Source: Bacillota bacterium
Lineage (GTDB): Bacteria > Bacillota > Clostridia > Lachnospirales > Lachnospiraceae
NCBI GenBank assembly: GCA_029224465.1
Contig: JAQXUQ010000020.1
Coordinates: 30,006-94,005, forward strand
Length of the DNA: 64,000 nt
Reading direction: 5' to 3'
The notes under the pieces are model-generated. The model was not told where the DNA came from. It was given only the letters and a program-made list of their open reading frames with translations, and searched no databases. Positions 9,578-19,830 of the stretch are shown one piece after another. The position numbers and the translations under genes were made by a program. How positions within the stretch are numbered: position 1 is the first letter of the stretch; each line of letters opens with the position of its first letter.

Positions 9578-11209
9578 TCAGGCCAGCGCGTCTTTGCTGA
9601 CATTTACTTCCATAAGAACACTGTTTCCGCTTCCAAGAAAACGCCGGACCGTGTCCTGTATGTCCGCGTTATCGGTGAGGCGGATATATTCCATATCATA
9701 AGCGCCGGTCAGGTATTCCAGCTTCGGGTACACGCCAAGATCCGTAACGGCAAAGCGGTCATGCAGATGCAGGTGCTGATACTGACGCACGAGCCCCAGA
9801 GTATTATTGCGCAGAACTACAATTTTTGCGGGGATCTTATACTGCCGCATGGTTGCAAGTTCCATCATGGACATCTGGAAACCGCCGTCTCCGCAGACCG
9901 CGATGACCTGTCTGTCCGGATCTGCCAGCTGCGCTCCCATTGCGGCAGGCAGCGCGTAGCCCATGGTTCCCATGCCGCCGCTGGTTAAGAACCTGCCTTC
10001 GCGGATAACGCTGTTCGTGCAGGACCAGAGCTGATTCTGTCCCACATCCGCCACATAGACCGCATTCTCGTCCATTGCTTCCGAAAGCGCGTGGATGAAC
10101 GCTGCAGGATTCACGCAGCCGTCCGGGTTCTTTTTCCCGCGCGCCTCTTCCTTCTGCTCCTTCCACTGCTTCCGATACGCGCAGAGCTGCGAAATGAAAT
10201 CATCGCAGCTGACCCTGATGTCTTCTTTCAAAAACGCCCGCAGAACATGCGCGACATCTCCGACAAGCGGAATCGTCGGCCCCGCGTTCTTTCCGATTTC
10301 CGCGGGGTCCACATCAATGTGAACCAGAATCTTGTCTTTGAGTATGAGATCCGGCTGGGAAATCGAGCGGTCCGCGACTCTCGCGCCGATCATGATGATC
10401 ATGTCCGCTTCGTTCATCGCGCGGTTTCCGCAGGCGTCACCGTTGTTACCGACCATGCCGAAGAACAACGGATGATCCGTCGGAAGAACGCCAAGCCCCA
10501 TCATCGTGCAGACGACCGGAATATTATATTTTTCCGCGAAAGCCCGCACCAGAGGCGCCGCGTCCGAAAGAAAGGTTCCGCCGCCGGCACACAGAATCGG
10601 CCTCTTCGCCTTCGACAGCTCCGAAATGACCTTTTTGATCTGCACCGCGTGTCCTTCGACGGTCGGCTTGTACGTACGCATTTTCACTTCTTCCGGATAG
10701 GAAAAATGCGAGAGCTTCGCATGCTGCACATCAACAGGCACATCGATCAGAACAGGCCCCTTCCGTCCTGTCGTCGCGATTGTAAAGGCTTCCTTCATGA
10801 TTCTCGGAATATCCTGCGCGTCGCGCACAATATAGCTGTATTTAACGAAGGATTCGCAGGCGCCGGAAATATCCGCTTCCTGAAAAACATCACTACCCAT
10901 CAGCGTCGAATCCACCTGCCCCGTAATACAGATGAGCGGGATACTGTCGGCGAATGCCGTCGCGATACCGGTAATCAGATTTTCGGCTCCGGGTCCGCTC
11001 GTCACAGCGACGACGCCCGGACGCCCGCTGATTCTGGCGTAGCCGCTCGCCGCGTGGGCGGCGTTCTGCTCCTGCCGGATCAGGACCGAATGAATCTTCT
11101 TATCGTACAGGCTGTCAAACAAAGGGGCAATCGCAACCCCCGGATAACCGAACACATATTCTACCTTCTCATTTAACAAACACTTAGCAATTGCTTCCGC
11201 ACCTGTCAT
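9578..11209 (-). CDS. ilvB: Acetolactate synthase large subunit
   Basis: MTGAEAIAK, FGYPG, RQEQ, TSGPGA, SGGMGTMG, ThDP motif GDGGFQM...NN; start ATG 11209 after GGAG. Confidence 0.95.
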   Translation of the reverse strand: MTGAEAIAKCLLNEKVEYVFGYPGVAIAPLFDSLYDKKIHSVLIRQEQNAAHAASGYARISGRPGVVAVTSGPGAENLITGIATAFADSIPLICITGQVDSTLMGSDVFQEADISGACESFVKYSYIVRDAQDIPRIMKEAFTIATTGRKGPVLIDVPVDVQHAKLSHFSYPEEVKMRTYKPTVEGHAVQIKKVISELSKAKRPILCAGGGTFLSDAAPLVRAFAEKYNIPVVCTMMGLGVLPTDHPLFFGMVGNNGDACGNRAMNEADMIIMIGARVADRSISQPDLILKDKILVHIDVDPAEIGKNAGPTIPLVGDVAHVLRAFLKEDIRVSCDDFISQLCAYRKQWKEQKEEARGKKNPDGCVNPAAFIHALSEAMDENAVYVADVGQNQLWSCTNSVIREGRFLTSGGMGTMGYALPAAMGAQLADPDRQVIAVCGDGGFQMSMMELATMRQYKIPAKIVVLRNNTLGLVRQYQHLHLHDRFAVTDLGVYPKLEYLTGAYDMEYIRLTDNADIQDTVRRFLGSGNSVLMEVNVSKDALA

Positions 11210-11261
11210 TTTGAATCTCCGCACAATTATCAATAATTTCGTCTGTCCTGTCTTTCGTGTA

Positions 11262-11687
11262 TCAGTGCCCGAAAAGCTTCGCCAGAGGCGATACCACGTC
11301 ACTGAGTGCCTTGATCGAGTCGTTCAGGCGGTCAAAATCTATCTCGCTGATTTTCGTAACCGCGTTCGTCAGATTGCCGGAATTGTCCGCGACAAGCGTA
11401 TCGACATCTTTCATGATCGCGTCAATGTTATTCAGCGTATTCTGCGCAGCCAGGGCTGTATCCTGTACGTCACGCATCACAGCCGATGCCTTGGGCAGAA
11501 GAAAAACAGCGCAGAAGAAAAGAATGGCCGCAATACACCAGCCTGCTGCCGCAGCCGCTTTCTGCGCCGCCGCGGTCTTTTTCTGCTCCTGCAGAATCTG
11601 CTCCAAAAGTTCGTGGTCACTCTGCTGCGGCGCTTCCTGCGCCTTATTGACGGTATCCGGCTGCCCGCTGTTCATTTCCGGCATCAT
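11262..11687 (-). CDS. Hypothetical single-pass membrane protein with coiled-coil C-terminus
   Basis: RBS AGGGAGG before ATG 11687; one hydrophobic segment (WCIAAILFFCAVFLLP) then amphipathic helix. Confidence 0.7.
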   Translation of the reverse strand: MMPEMNSGQPDTVNKAQEAPQQSDHELLEQILQEQKKTAAAQKAAAAAGWCIAAILFFCAVFLLPKASAVMRDVQDTALAAQNTLNNIDAIMKDVDTLVADNSGNLTNAVTKISEIDFDRLNDSIKALSDVVSPLAKLFGH

Positions 11688-11853
11688 GTTCCTCCCTGCC
11701 ATTTTCTTTCTGCTGCGGCATTTCCTCCGCTTCGGGTATAAACAACCAGATTTTATCATCTTTACCATGGCGCTTCAATGCTGCATAGATGACAGGGCGT
11801 TGATGTTTTGCTATACTTCCTGATAATAGAGACTGAGATCGGGGTACTGCGAT

Positions 11854-12315
11854 ATGGTCAAGAGGACAATCAGATCCGCCGCCACTGTTATACTGGTTCT
11901 CGCACTGCTGGTTCTTTCCGGGTGCGGCGCCAACGGGCAGGTAAAGGCGATGGAGGATTATAAATCAGGGCTTACTTCCATATGTGATCAGCTGGCTGCA
12001 TGTAATGACACGCTGAAGGGAATTGATCCGGAATCGGAGGACGCGCAGAAGCTCCTGCTTTCGACCGTCGATGACATCGCGCGTCTTTTCAATGAGGCGG
12101 CGCAGCTGCCGGCGCCGGACGGGTACAGCAGGGTGCAGGAAACCGCGAAGTCGGCCGCCGGCAGAATGCAGGAGGCAAATGAAGCTTATCATAAAGCCTT
12201 TGAAGCAGACACCTTTGATCAGAAAGCCTTTAAGCAGGCGCAGGAAGCCTATCACGATGCAAACGGACAGCTGCAGGATCTTCTGTCGCTCCTGCATTCC
12301 TCTGCGCGCGACTGA
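11854..12315 (+). CDS. Hypothetical lipoprotein, helical
   Basis: Basic N-terminus, hydrophobic core, lipobox LSG-C. Confidence 0.75.
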   Translation: MVKRTIRSAATVILVLALLVLSGCGANGQVKAMEDYKSGLTSICDQLAACNDTLKGIDPESEDAQKLLLSTVDDIARLFNEAAQLPAPDGYSRVQETAKSAAGRMQEANEAYHKAFEADTFDQKAFKQAQEAYHDANGQLQDLLSLLHSSARD

Positions 12316-12338
12316 TTCCGCTTCCACCGATTCATATG

Positions 12339-12371
12339 GAAACGGCCGGAGCATCGATCTCCGGCCGTTTC
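12339..12371. terminator. Hairpin between the convergent lipoprotein gene and tyrS (probable bidirectional terminator)
   Basis: GAAACGGCCGGAG-CATCGAT-CTCCGGCCGTTTC, perfect 13-bp stem. Confidence 0.7.
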
Positions 12372-12384
12372 TGTGCGTTTCATG

Positions 12385-13632
12385 TCATGCCTTGTATTTC
12401 ACAAGCATAAATTTTTTCTTGCCGCGCTTTACGAGCATCCCGTTCTTCATCTGCTCTTTCGTGTAGGTCTTTTTGAAATCGTCAATCCGCACACCGTCCG
12501 CTGTCACGCCTCCCTGTTGTACATTCCGTCTTGCCTCCGCTCTGGAGGGGGCAAGCTCCGCCTTGACGAGAATGTTCAGAATGTCAATCGTTCCGTCTTC
12601 CTGGAAATCTTCGTCCGAAAGCACCTTTTCCGGAACATTCGCACCTTCCACGGGGCCCGCGCCGCCAAACAGGGCCTGTGCGCCCGCTTCCGCCTTTCTC
12701 GCCTCATCTTCGCCGTGAACTAACGTTGTCAGCTCATGCGCGAGAATCTTCTTGGCCTCGTTCAGACGGCTCCCTTCCCAGTGGTCCATCTCGTCAATCT
12801 GTTCAAGGGGCAGGAAGGTCATCATGCGGAGGAACTTCAATACATCCGCGTCGTCGACATTTCTCCAGTACTGGTAGAAGTCATACGGTTTTGTTTTATC
12901 GGGATCCAGCCAGACCGCGCCGCCTGCTGTTTTGCCCATCTTTGTACCGTCATGCTTGAGGAGAAGGGATATCGTCATCGCGTACGCGTCTTTGGAAAGC
13001 TTCTTCCGGATCAGGTCAATGCCGCCCAGCATATTCGACCACTGATCATCGCCGCCGAACTGCATCTGGCAGCCGTAATCCTGATACAGTCTGTAAAAGT
13101 CGTAGCTCTGCATCAGCATGTAGGAGAACTCAAGAAATGAAAGGCCGTCCTTCATCCGGTTGACATAACATCTCGCGCGGAGCATCTCGTTCACATTAAA
13201 ACACGGCCCGATATCCCGCATGAAATCAAGGAAATTCAGATTCCGGAGCCAGTCAGCATTATTTACGATCTGCGCCTTTCCGGGTCCGAAATCGATGAAG
13301 CGGCTCATCTGTTTACGGAAGCACTCTACGTTATGATCGATCGTTTCCACCGTCATCATCTTGCGCATGTCCGAACGTCCCGAAGGATCGCCGATCATGG
13401 CCGTTCCGCCGCCGACAAGCGCAATCGGGTGGTTGCCTCTTTCCTGCATTCTCTTCATCAGAAGCAGCGCCATGAAATGGCCGACATGCAGAGAATCCGC
13501 GGTAGGATCAAAGCCGATATAAAACGTCGCCCTGCCGTTATCGATCAGCTCCGCGATCTCCTTCTCGTCGGTCTGCTGCGCCAGAAGTCCTCTGGCCTTT
13601 AATTCTTCGCTTAATTTCATTCCCTGTTCCAT
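12385..13632 (-). CDS. tyrS: Tyrosine--tRNA ligase
   Basis: GFDPTADSLHVGH (HIGH), GGDDQWSN, KMGKT (KMSKS), S4-like C-terminus. Confidence 0.98.
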   Translation of the reverse strand: MEQGMKLSEELKARGLLAQQTDEKEIAELIDNGRATFYIGFDPTADSLHVGHFMALLLMKRMQERGNHPIALVGGGTAMIGDPSGRSDMRKMMTVETIDHNVECFRKQMSRFIDFGPGKAQIVNNADWLRNLNFLDFMRDIGPCFNVNEMLRARCYVNRMKDGLSFLEFSYMLMQSYDFYRLYQDYGCQMQFGGDDQWSNMLGGIDLIRKKLSKDAYAMTISLLLKHDGTKMGKTAGGAVWLDPDKTKPYDFYQYWRNVDDADVLKFLRMMTFLPLEQIDEMDHWEGSRLNEAKKILAHELTTLVHGEDEARKAEAGAQALFGGAGPVEGANVPEKVLSDEDFQEDGTIDILNILVKAELAPSRAEARRNVQQGGVTADGVRIDDFKKTYTKEQMKNGMLVKRGKKKFMLVKYKA

Positions 13633-13696
13633 CTGAATGTACTCCCTCTATGTTTCTGCGCCGGATTACCGGCATTTTCTTTCGTGTGACAATATG

Positions 13697-14710
13697 TTAT
13701 TTCTTCCACGCAAGGCTGTTGATTTCGACCTTGCGGTCCCGGAGCATCAGATCCTGCACTGCCTCGGACGGATTCTTTCCCTCAAACAAAACCGCGCATA
13801 CCTGATCGATAATCGGTGTCTCGATACCGTATTTTTCCGACATCTGTCTGGCTGCCTTCGCGCTGTAGACGCCTTCCACGACCTGCTGCACTTCCTTCAT
13901 TGCTTCATCCGCGGTTTTTCCCTGTCCAATCAGAATGCCGGCTCTGCGGTTTCTGGAATGCATCGACGCGCAGGTAACGATCAGATCGCCGATACCGGTC
14001 AGACCGGAGAAAGTTTCAAAACTGCCGCCGGCAGCAATTCCGAGTCTCGCGATCTCATGGATCCCTCTGGTAATCAGCGCTGCCTTTGTATTGTCACCGT
14101 AGCCCAGTCCGTCCGCAATGCCGGCGGCAAGCGCGACGACATTCTTAAGCGACGCGCCGATCTGCATGCCGAGGACATCCGGGCTCGTATAGACGCGGAA
14201 GACGCCGCTCATAAAGATATCCTGCACGTACTTTGCGATTTCCTCGGTTTCGGCGCCGGCAACGATTGCCGTCGGAAGGCCTTTCCCGACTTCCTCGGCG
14301 TGCGTAGGACCGCACAGGACTGCCGTCCTGCACTGCGGAATTTCCTGACGGATGATCTGCGTCAGGGTATAAAGCGTATTCTCTTCGATTCCTTTTGCCA
14401 CCGAAACGATCAGCTGATCCTTTCGTACAAAAGGAGCCATAGCCCTCGCCGTGCTCCTTGTAAAAGGCGAAGGCACCGCAAGGACCAGAAGGTCCTTTCC
14501 TTCTACGGTCTTCTCAAAATCCGTGGAAGCGTGTACGCGCTCCGGCAGCATGACCCCCGGAAGCTTCACGCGCTGCTGATGTTCGTTGTTGATCATGTCG
14601 ACTTCATCCTGTGAAATCGTCCAGACCGATACATCGTGTCCTTTGGATGTCAGCTCGAAAGTCAGCGCCGTTCCCCAGCTGCCGGCTCCGATCATACCGA
14701 TATTAGCCAT
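13697..14710 (-). CDS. gpsA: NAD(P)H-dependent glycerol-3-phosphate dehydrogenase
   Basis: GAGSWGTAL, SVAKGIE, GPTHAEEV, LKNVVALAAG, GIGDLIVTCASMHSRN; start ATG 14710. Confidence 0.96.
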   Translation of the reverse strand: MANIGMIGAGSWGTALTFELTSKGHDVSVWTISQDEVDMINNEHQQRVKLPGVMLPERVHASTDFEKTVEGKDLLVLAVPSPFTRSTARAMAPFVRKDQLIVSVAKGIEENTLYTLTQIIRQEIPQCRTAVLCGPTHAEEVGKGLPTAIVAGAETEEIAKYVQDIFMSGVFRVYTSPDVLGMQIGASLKNVVALAAGIADGLGYGDNTKAALITRGIHEIARLGIAAGGSFETFSGLTGIGDLIVTCASMHSRNRRAGILIGQGKTADEAMKEVQQVVEGVYSAKAARQMSEKYGIETPIIDQVCAVLFEGKNPSEAVQDLMLRDRKVEINSLAWKK

Positions 14711-14750
14711 ATAGTCAGCCCTTTCCCGCGGAGACGCTCCGCGTCTTGCT

Positions 14751-15410
14751 TTATTTTGGGTTGTTTTTCCGGAAAATATAGGTTTTCCGCTCGTTTCCCT
14801 GCAGAAGCCTTCGTATATTCGCGCGGTGCCTGTAATACGCAAGCGCTGTCAGAAGTGCCATAATGACATACATCTCGGTCAGGACGCCCTGCGGAGCCGG
14901 CGCGTATAAACCGAGCTGCCCTTCAATTACCAGAAGAACAAAACATCCCAAGTACAGAATCAGCGAGCCGAGCGATACGTAATGCGTTAACAGGAACGGA
15001 ATGAAAAACAGCGCAATCGCGGCCGGCAGAAACGTCCAGTGAAACGAAAAGAATACAAAACCCGCTATAACCGCAACGCCCTTTCCGCCCCGGAACTTCA
15101 TATAAAACGGGAAATCGTGTCCTAAAACGCACCCTGCGAGCGCATAGATTTTCAGAAGGTAAATCAGTTCCGGATACCTGGCTCCGAAAAGCGCCTGTAC
15201 CGCCAGTAGTGCGAAAAATGACTTGAAGGTATCCATGAAGAAAACAAGGAGCCCGTCCTTTGTCCCCATGACACGCATCGCGTTTGTCGTTCCCGCATTG
15301 CCCGAGCCGTGCTCGCGGATATCAATCCCCCTCATCCTGCCGACGATAAATGCCGACTGAATCATTCCGAAGGCATAACCTATGAGAAGACATAAAAGCC
15401 GTACGCTCAT
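14751..15410 (-). CDS. plsY: Glycerol-3-phosphate acyltransferase PlsY
   Basis: DIREHGSGNAGTTNAMR, GHDFP...FRGGKGVA, HRANIRRL. Confidence 0.96.
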   Translation of the reverse strand: MSVRLLCLLIGYAFGMIQSAFIVGRMRGIDIREHGSGNAGTTNAMRVMGTKDGLLVFFMDTFKSFFALLAVQALFGARYPELIYLLKIYALAGCVLGHDFPFYMKFRGGKGVAVIAGFVFFSFHWTFLPAAIALFFIPFLLTHYVSLGSLILYLGCFVLLVIEGQLGLYAPAPQGVLTEMYVIMALLTALAYYRHRANIRRLLQGNERKTYIFRKNNPK

Positions 15411-16745
15411 TTATTTGTCCTCGTTTCTCTCCCGGATAATGAACCGCAGCGGAGTTCCCCGGAACCCGAATGTCTCGCGGATCTGGTTCTCAATGTATCT
15501 CTGATAGGAAAAATGCATGAGATACCGGTAATTCACAAAAAGGACGAAGGTCGGCGGCTTGACGCCGGACTGCGTTGCGTAATAGATCTTGAGCATCTTG
15601 CCTTTGTCCTGCGGCGGCTGCTGCATAACAGCGGCTTCCGTAATAATCTCATTCAGAACACCGGTCTGAATCCGCATGCTCTGGTTGGCGTGCACAAGAT
15701 CGACCTCGTCATAGATCCTGTTCATCCGCTGCCCTGTCAGCGCGGAGATGTAAATGATTTCTGCATACGGAATGAAGGAAAGAATCTGATGGATCTTGTC
15801 CGTGAACTTTTTCATCGTGGAATTGTCTTTCTCGACCGCGTCCCACTTATTCACAGCAACAATAACCGCTTTGCCTTTATCGTGCGCAATGCCGGCAATC
15901 TTCGCGTCCTGTTCCGTTACACCTTCCTGCGCGTTAATTACAAGAAGCGCAATATCCGCCCGGTCAACCGCCGCTACCGCGCGGATGATCATGTAGCGTT
16001 CCAGATCTTCCGTAATCTTGTTTCTTCTTCGAAGACCCGCTGTGTCTATAAAAACATACTCCCTGCCGTCATGCTTCACCCTCGTATCGATCGCGTCCCG
16101 CGTCGTACCCGCAATATCCGATACGATGACCCGGTCCTCCCCGATCAGCCGGTTCACGATCGAAGATTTTCCAACGTTCGGCTTTCCGATGATCGCGACC
16201 CTGACGGCATCGTCTTCCGCCTCTGCCATATCTCCTTCCGGGAAATGCTTCGCGACTTCTTCCAGAAGGTCGCCGAGGCCCATCTTGTTGACCGAGGAAA
16301 CCGGGAACGGATCTCCGATTCCGAGATTATAGAACTCATAGACATCCGCGATCTGTGCCGTCGGTTTGTCGACCTTGTTGACGGTCAGAACAATGGGTTT
16401 GCCGCTTCTTCGCAGCATTTCGCAGACTTTCTGATCCGCGTCCTGCACCCCGGATCTGACATCGACAAGGAAGATGATGACATCCGCCATTTCAATCGCG
16501 ATTTCCGCCTGTTCCCGCATCTTGGCAAGAAGGATGTCTCCGGTATCCGGCTCGATACCGCCGGTGTCTATCAGTGTGAAATCATGGTTCAGCCAGCTGC
16601 AGTCCGCGTAGATCCGGTCTCTGGTCACGCCGGGCGTATCTTCCACAATCGAGATCTTTTCGCCTGCAATGGCATTGAAAAGCGTTGATTTTCCGACATT
16701 CGGTCTGCCTACGATCGCTACGATCGGATTTCTCTTTTTAGCCAT
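15411..16745 (-). CDS. der: Ribosome biogenesis GTPase Der
   Basis: Two G domains (GRPNVGKS, GKPNVGKS; DTGG, DTAG; NKVD, NKWD) and KH-like tail. Confidence 0.98.
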   Translation of the reverse strand: MAKKRNPIVAIVGRPNVGKSTLFNAIAGEKISIVEDTPGVTRDRIYADCSWLNHDFTLIDTGGIEPDTGDILLAKMREQAEIAIEMADVIIFLVDVRSGVQDADQKVCEMLRRSGKPIVLTVNKVDKPTAQIADVYEFYNLGIGDPFPVSSVNKMGLGDLLEEVAKHFPEGDMAEAEDDAVRVAIIGKPNVGKSSIVNRLIGEDRVIVSDIAGTTRDAIDTRVKHDGREYVFIDTAGLRRRNKITEDLERYMIIRAVAAVDRADIALLVINAQEGVTEQDAKIAGIAHDKGKAVIVAVNKWDAVEKDNSTMKKFTDKIHQILSFIPYAEIIYISALTGQRMNRIYDEVDLVHANQSMRIQTGVLNEIITEAAVMQQPPQDKGKMLKIYYATQSGVKPPTFVLFVNYRYLMHFSYQRYIENQIRETFGFRGTPLRFIIRERNEDK

Positions 16746-16933
16746 AATTTTTCCTTTTCCTGTACTGTATCATAAGATATCCAAGACTGCATTGTATCAT
16801 AAACGGGGATGTTTTTCCTCACAGGATCGATATTCTCTTGCTATCAAAGGCCAAGTTCTATAGAATAAGGTTGCCTGCCGGAGAACTCCGGTACCGGCAT
16901 TTTGGAACTAAGAGTCTTTAAAGGAGTTATTAC

Positions 16934-18166
16934 ATGTCTGATTTAGAACTGCATCAGCAGCTGGAACGCAGAATTCCCGTTGCGCCGCTCAAGCTGATCG
17001 TCATGCCGTCCGCCGAGAAATTCGGCAGCGAAGTCAACGATTATCTGGTATCCTTCCGCAAGAAATACGATACGGTCGGAAAGGACGATCCCGCTTTCAA
17101 GGATTATGTGCAGAACGACTACCGCATGCGTGTGGAGGCTGTCCGCTTCAGCGACGGCGAAGGCAAGGGTGTTATTCTGGATTCCTGCCGCGGCAAGGAC
17201 ATCTTCATCATCACCGATGTAACTAACCATTCCATCACCTACAAGATGAACGGCTTCCTGAATCACATGTCGCCCGACGACCACTTTCAGGATTTAAAGC
17301 GCATCATTGCCGCGATCAACGGAAAGGCGGCAAGGGTCAGCGTCATCATGCCGTTCCTGTACGAAGGGCGTCAGCATAAAAGGTCCGGCCGCGAATCTCT
17401 TGATGCCGCGATTATGTACAAGGAACTGATTGATCTGGGCGTTTCCAACTTCATGACATTTGACGCGCACGATCCCAGAATCACCAATGTCGCTCCGCTG
17501 TCCAAGTTCGACAACTTCATTTCCCCGTATCAGTTCCTGCGGGAAATCATGCACGCGTTCCCTGACATCATTCTGGACAAAGAACACTTTGTTGTCATCA
17601 GCCCGGATGAAGGAGCCCTTGACCGCGCGGTCTTCTTCGCGAATGTCATCGGCGCGGATACCGGCATGTTCTACAAGCGGCGTGATTATTCGGTCATCGA
17701 GAACGGAAAGAATCCGATTGTCGCGCATGAGTTTCTGGGGACAGACCTCTCCGGCAAAGATGTCATCGTCATGGATGACATGATCTCTTCGGGCGGCTCT
17801 ATTCTGGATACGGCGAAGCAGCTGAAAGCCCTGCACGCAAGACATGTTTTCCTCTGCACAACATTCGGTCTGTTTACCGATGGTCTTGACGCATTTGACG
17901 CGGCCTACGCGGAAGGAAGCTTCGACCTCGTGGTTACAACGAATCTGACCTGCCAGCCGGAAGGACTGTCGCAAAGAGCATGGTTCCGTCCCGCGGACAT
18001 GAGCAAGTACATGGCGACCATCATCGACTTCTTCAATCATGACGCGTCGATTGACAAGATGTCAACACCGACCGAAAAGATTCACGAGCTTCTGAAGAGA
18101 TTCAACACGCATGAAGAAGAGGAATTCCGCAAGGCGCAGCGGGCAATCGACGAGACCGAGTTCTGA
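16934..18166 (+). CDS. prs: Ribose-phosphate pyrophosphokinase
   Basis: FSDGEGK, MPFLYEGRQHK, SPDEGA, PRPP-binding DDMISSGGS. Confidence 0.9.
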   Translation: MSDLELHQQLERRIPVAPLKLIVMPSAEKFGSEVNDYLVSFRKKYDTVGKDDPAFKDYVQNDYRMRVEAVRFSDGEGKGVILDSCRGKDIFIITDVTNHSITYKMNGFLNHMSPDDHFQDLKRIIAAINGKAARVSVIMPFLYEGRQHKRSGRESLDAAIMYKELIDLGVSNFMTFDAHDPRITNVAPLSKFDNFISPYQFLREIMHAFPDIILDKEHFVVISPDEGALDRAVFFANVIGADTGMFYKRRDYSVIENGKNPIVAHEFLGTDLSGKDVIVMDDMISSGGSILDTAKQLKALHARHVFLCTTFGLFTDGLDAFDAAYAEGSFDLVVTTNLTCQPEGLSQRAWFRPADMSKYMATIIDFFNHDASIDKMSTPTEKIHELLKRFNTHEEEEFRKAQRAIDETEF

Positions 18167-18169
18167 GAC

Positions 18170-18544
18170 TTACCGGAAGGCATCCCGGATCCATCGGATC
18201 CTCAGCCTGCCTTCGCGGGGCTCCACACAGACGACATCAAATCTCACGGGTTTATCCTGTGAGATTTGTTTTTTATAAAGATAGTATTCTGCTGCCAGTC
18301 GGATTTTTGCCTGCTTGGCCGGTGTGACCGCTTCTTCAGGCGAGCCGCATGCGCTGCCGGATCTGTATTTCACCTCCGCGAAAACAAGTGTGTCCCCGTC
18401 CTCTGCGATCAGGTCAATTTCCGCCGCTCTTCCGTCCCGGAAGTTTCGCTCCAAAACTCTGCACGCATGCCCGGAAAGAAACAGGGCAGCCGCCGTTTCC
18501 GCGGTTTTTCCTGTTATATGATTGTTTCCACGCTTCTTCGCCAT
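18170..18544 (-). CDS. yraN: YraN family putative nuclease
   Basis: GKTAE..AA..L, RNFR...EIDLIA...LVFAEVKYR, RFDVV; follows rnhB. Confidence 0.92.
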   Translation of the reverse strand: MAKKRGNNHITGKTAETAAALFLSGHACRVLERNFRDGRAAEIDLIAEDGDTLVFAEVKYRSGSACGSPEEAVTPAKQAKIRLAAEYYLYKKQISQDKPVRFDVVCVEPREGRLRIRWIRDAFR

Positions 18545-18547
18545 TCG

Positions 18548-19273
18548 TCAGTTTCCGATAAAATGCGTGATGAAGGTCCGCCTGTGGATCGGGCATGGCC
18601 CGTATTTACGGAGCGCCTCGATGTGCGCTTTTGTCCCGTAACCCTTGTGTGCGGCAAAACCATATTCCGGATACCGGCGGTCATATTCTTCCATCAGCCG
18701 GTCACGGGTCACTTTCGCGAGGATGCTTGCAGCCGCGATTGAAGCGCATTTGGCATCCCCTTTGACAATGCCGGTCTGCGGAATGTCCAGATTAGGAATC
18801 GTCACGGCATCCACAACGAGAACATCCGGAGATACCTTTTCTCCGGATGCGGTGGCAAGGCCGTTTACCGCAGCGCGCATCGCTTCATAAGTAGCCTGCA
18901 GGATGTTGATCTCATCAATGCGCTGCGCGTCTACAAGCGCTACATGAAATGCGAAAGCTTCCTTTGTGATCACATCATACAGCGCATCCCGCTTTTTCGC
19001 GGAAAGCTTTTTCGAATCATTCAGATATAATATATCCGTATCTTCCGGAAGGATGCAGGCGCCGGCTGCCACCGGTCCGGCAAGTGGGCCTCTGCCGGCT
19101 TCGTCAATTCCGGCGATCAGAAGTGTATCTCCGCTCTCCAGCTTTCCCGCGAAAAGAGAACCGAACTTTTCATGCACTGCGTTCCGCTCGAAAGCGCGCA
19201 GTGCCGCGCTCCGCTCCTTTTCCTGCAGAAGCCGGAGTTGTTTTTTCTGCTGTGCCTGTTCTTTTGCGGTCAT
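18548..19273 (-). CDS. rnhB: Ribonuclease HII
   Basis: [51 protein letters not shown]. Confidence 0.97.
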   Translation of the reverse strand: MTAKEQAQQKKQLRLLQEKERSAALRAFERNAVHEKFGSLFAGKLESGDTLLIAGIDEAGRGPLAGPVAAGACILPEDTDILYLNDSKKLSAKKRDALYDVITKEAFAFHVALVDAQRIDEINILQATYEAMRAAVNGLATASGEKVSPDVLVVDAVTIPNLDIPQTGIVKGDAKCASIAAASILAKVTRDRLMEEYDRRYPEYGFAAHKGYGTKAHIEALRKYGPCPIHRRTFITHFIGN

Positions 19274-19283
19274 AGTTTTTCTC

Positions 19284-19823
19284 TCACTGGTGCTTCAGAA
19301 TCCCGAATTTGGAAAACGGATAGATCCGGAGCCACGCCCTGCCGATAATATCCTTCCGTTTGATATTGCCGACGTCCGGATAGCGGGAATCCTCGCTGAC
19401 ATTGCGGTTGTCTCCAAGTACAAAATACTCGTCGTCTCCAAGTGTAATCTCCTCTGCCGCAAGGCCGGGATTGACCATCTGCTCCAGGCCGTAATGTTCC
19501 TCCAGTACTTTCCCGTTAATATAGATTTTCCCCTGGTCATCAATACGGACCTTCTCTCCCGGAAGGCCGATGATCCGTTTGATAAAATAGGTTTTCTCCG
19601 CATACTGATACGGGAAAATAATGATGTCAAACCGCTCCGGGTCACGAAAACGGTAGGTGACTTTATCGGCGATCAGCTGGTCGCCGTCCTCAAGCGTCGG
19701 CACCATCGAAGTGCCGTTTACATCCGTTCTCTGCGCGACGAAATGAATCAGCAGAAAGGACAGCACAAGTACGGCCGCGAACCAGAGGATATACTGGCCG
19801 ACGGCTCTGACAACTTTAGACAT
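19284..19823 (-). CDS. lepB: Signal peptidase I, catalytically intact
   Basis: GTSMVPT (Ser), [10 protein letters not shown] (Lys), [11 protein letters not shown]. Confidence 0.96.
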   Translation of the reverse strand: MSKVVRAVGQYILWFAAVLVLSFLLIHFVAQRTDVNGTSMVPTLEDGDQLIADKVTYRFRDPERFDIIIFPYQYAEKTYFIKRIIGLPGEKVRIDDQGKIYINGKVLEEHYGLEQMVNPGLAAEEITLGDDEYFVLGDNRNVSEDSRYPDVGNIKRKDIIGRAWLRIYPFSKFGILKHQ

Positions 19824-19830
19824 GGATTCC

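Noticed and set aside
13633-13696. T-box leader for tyrS
   Set aside because: Only 64 bp lie upstream, with no T-box motif or terminator/antiterminator.
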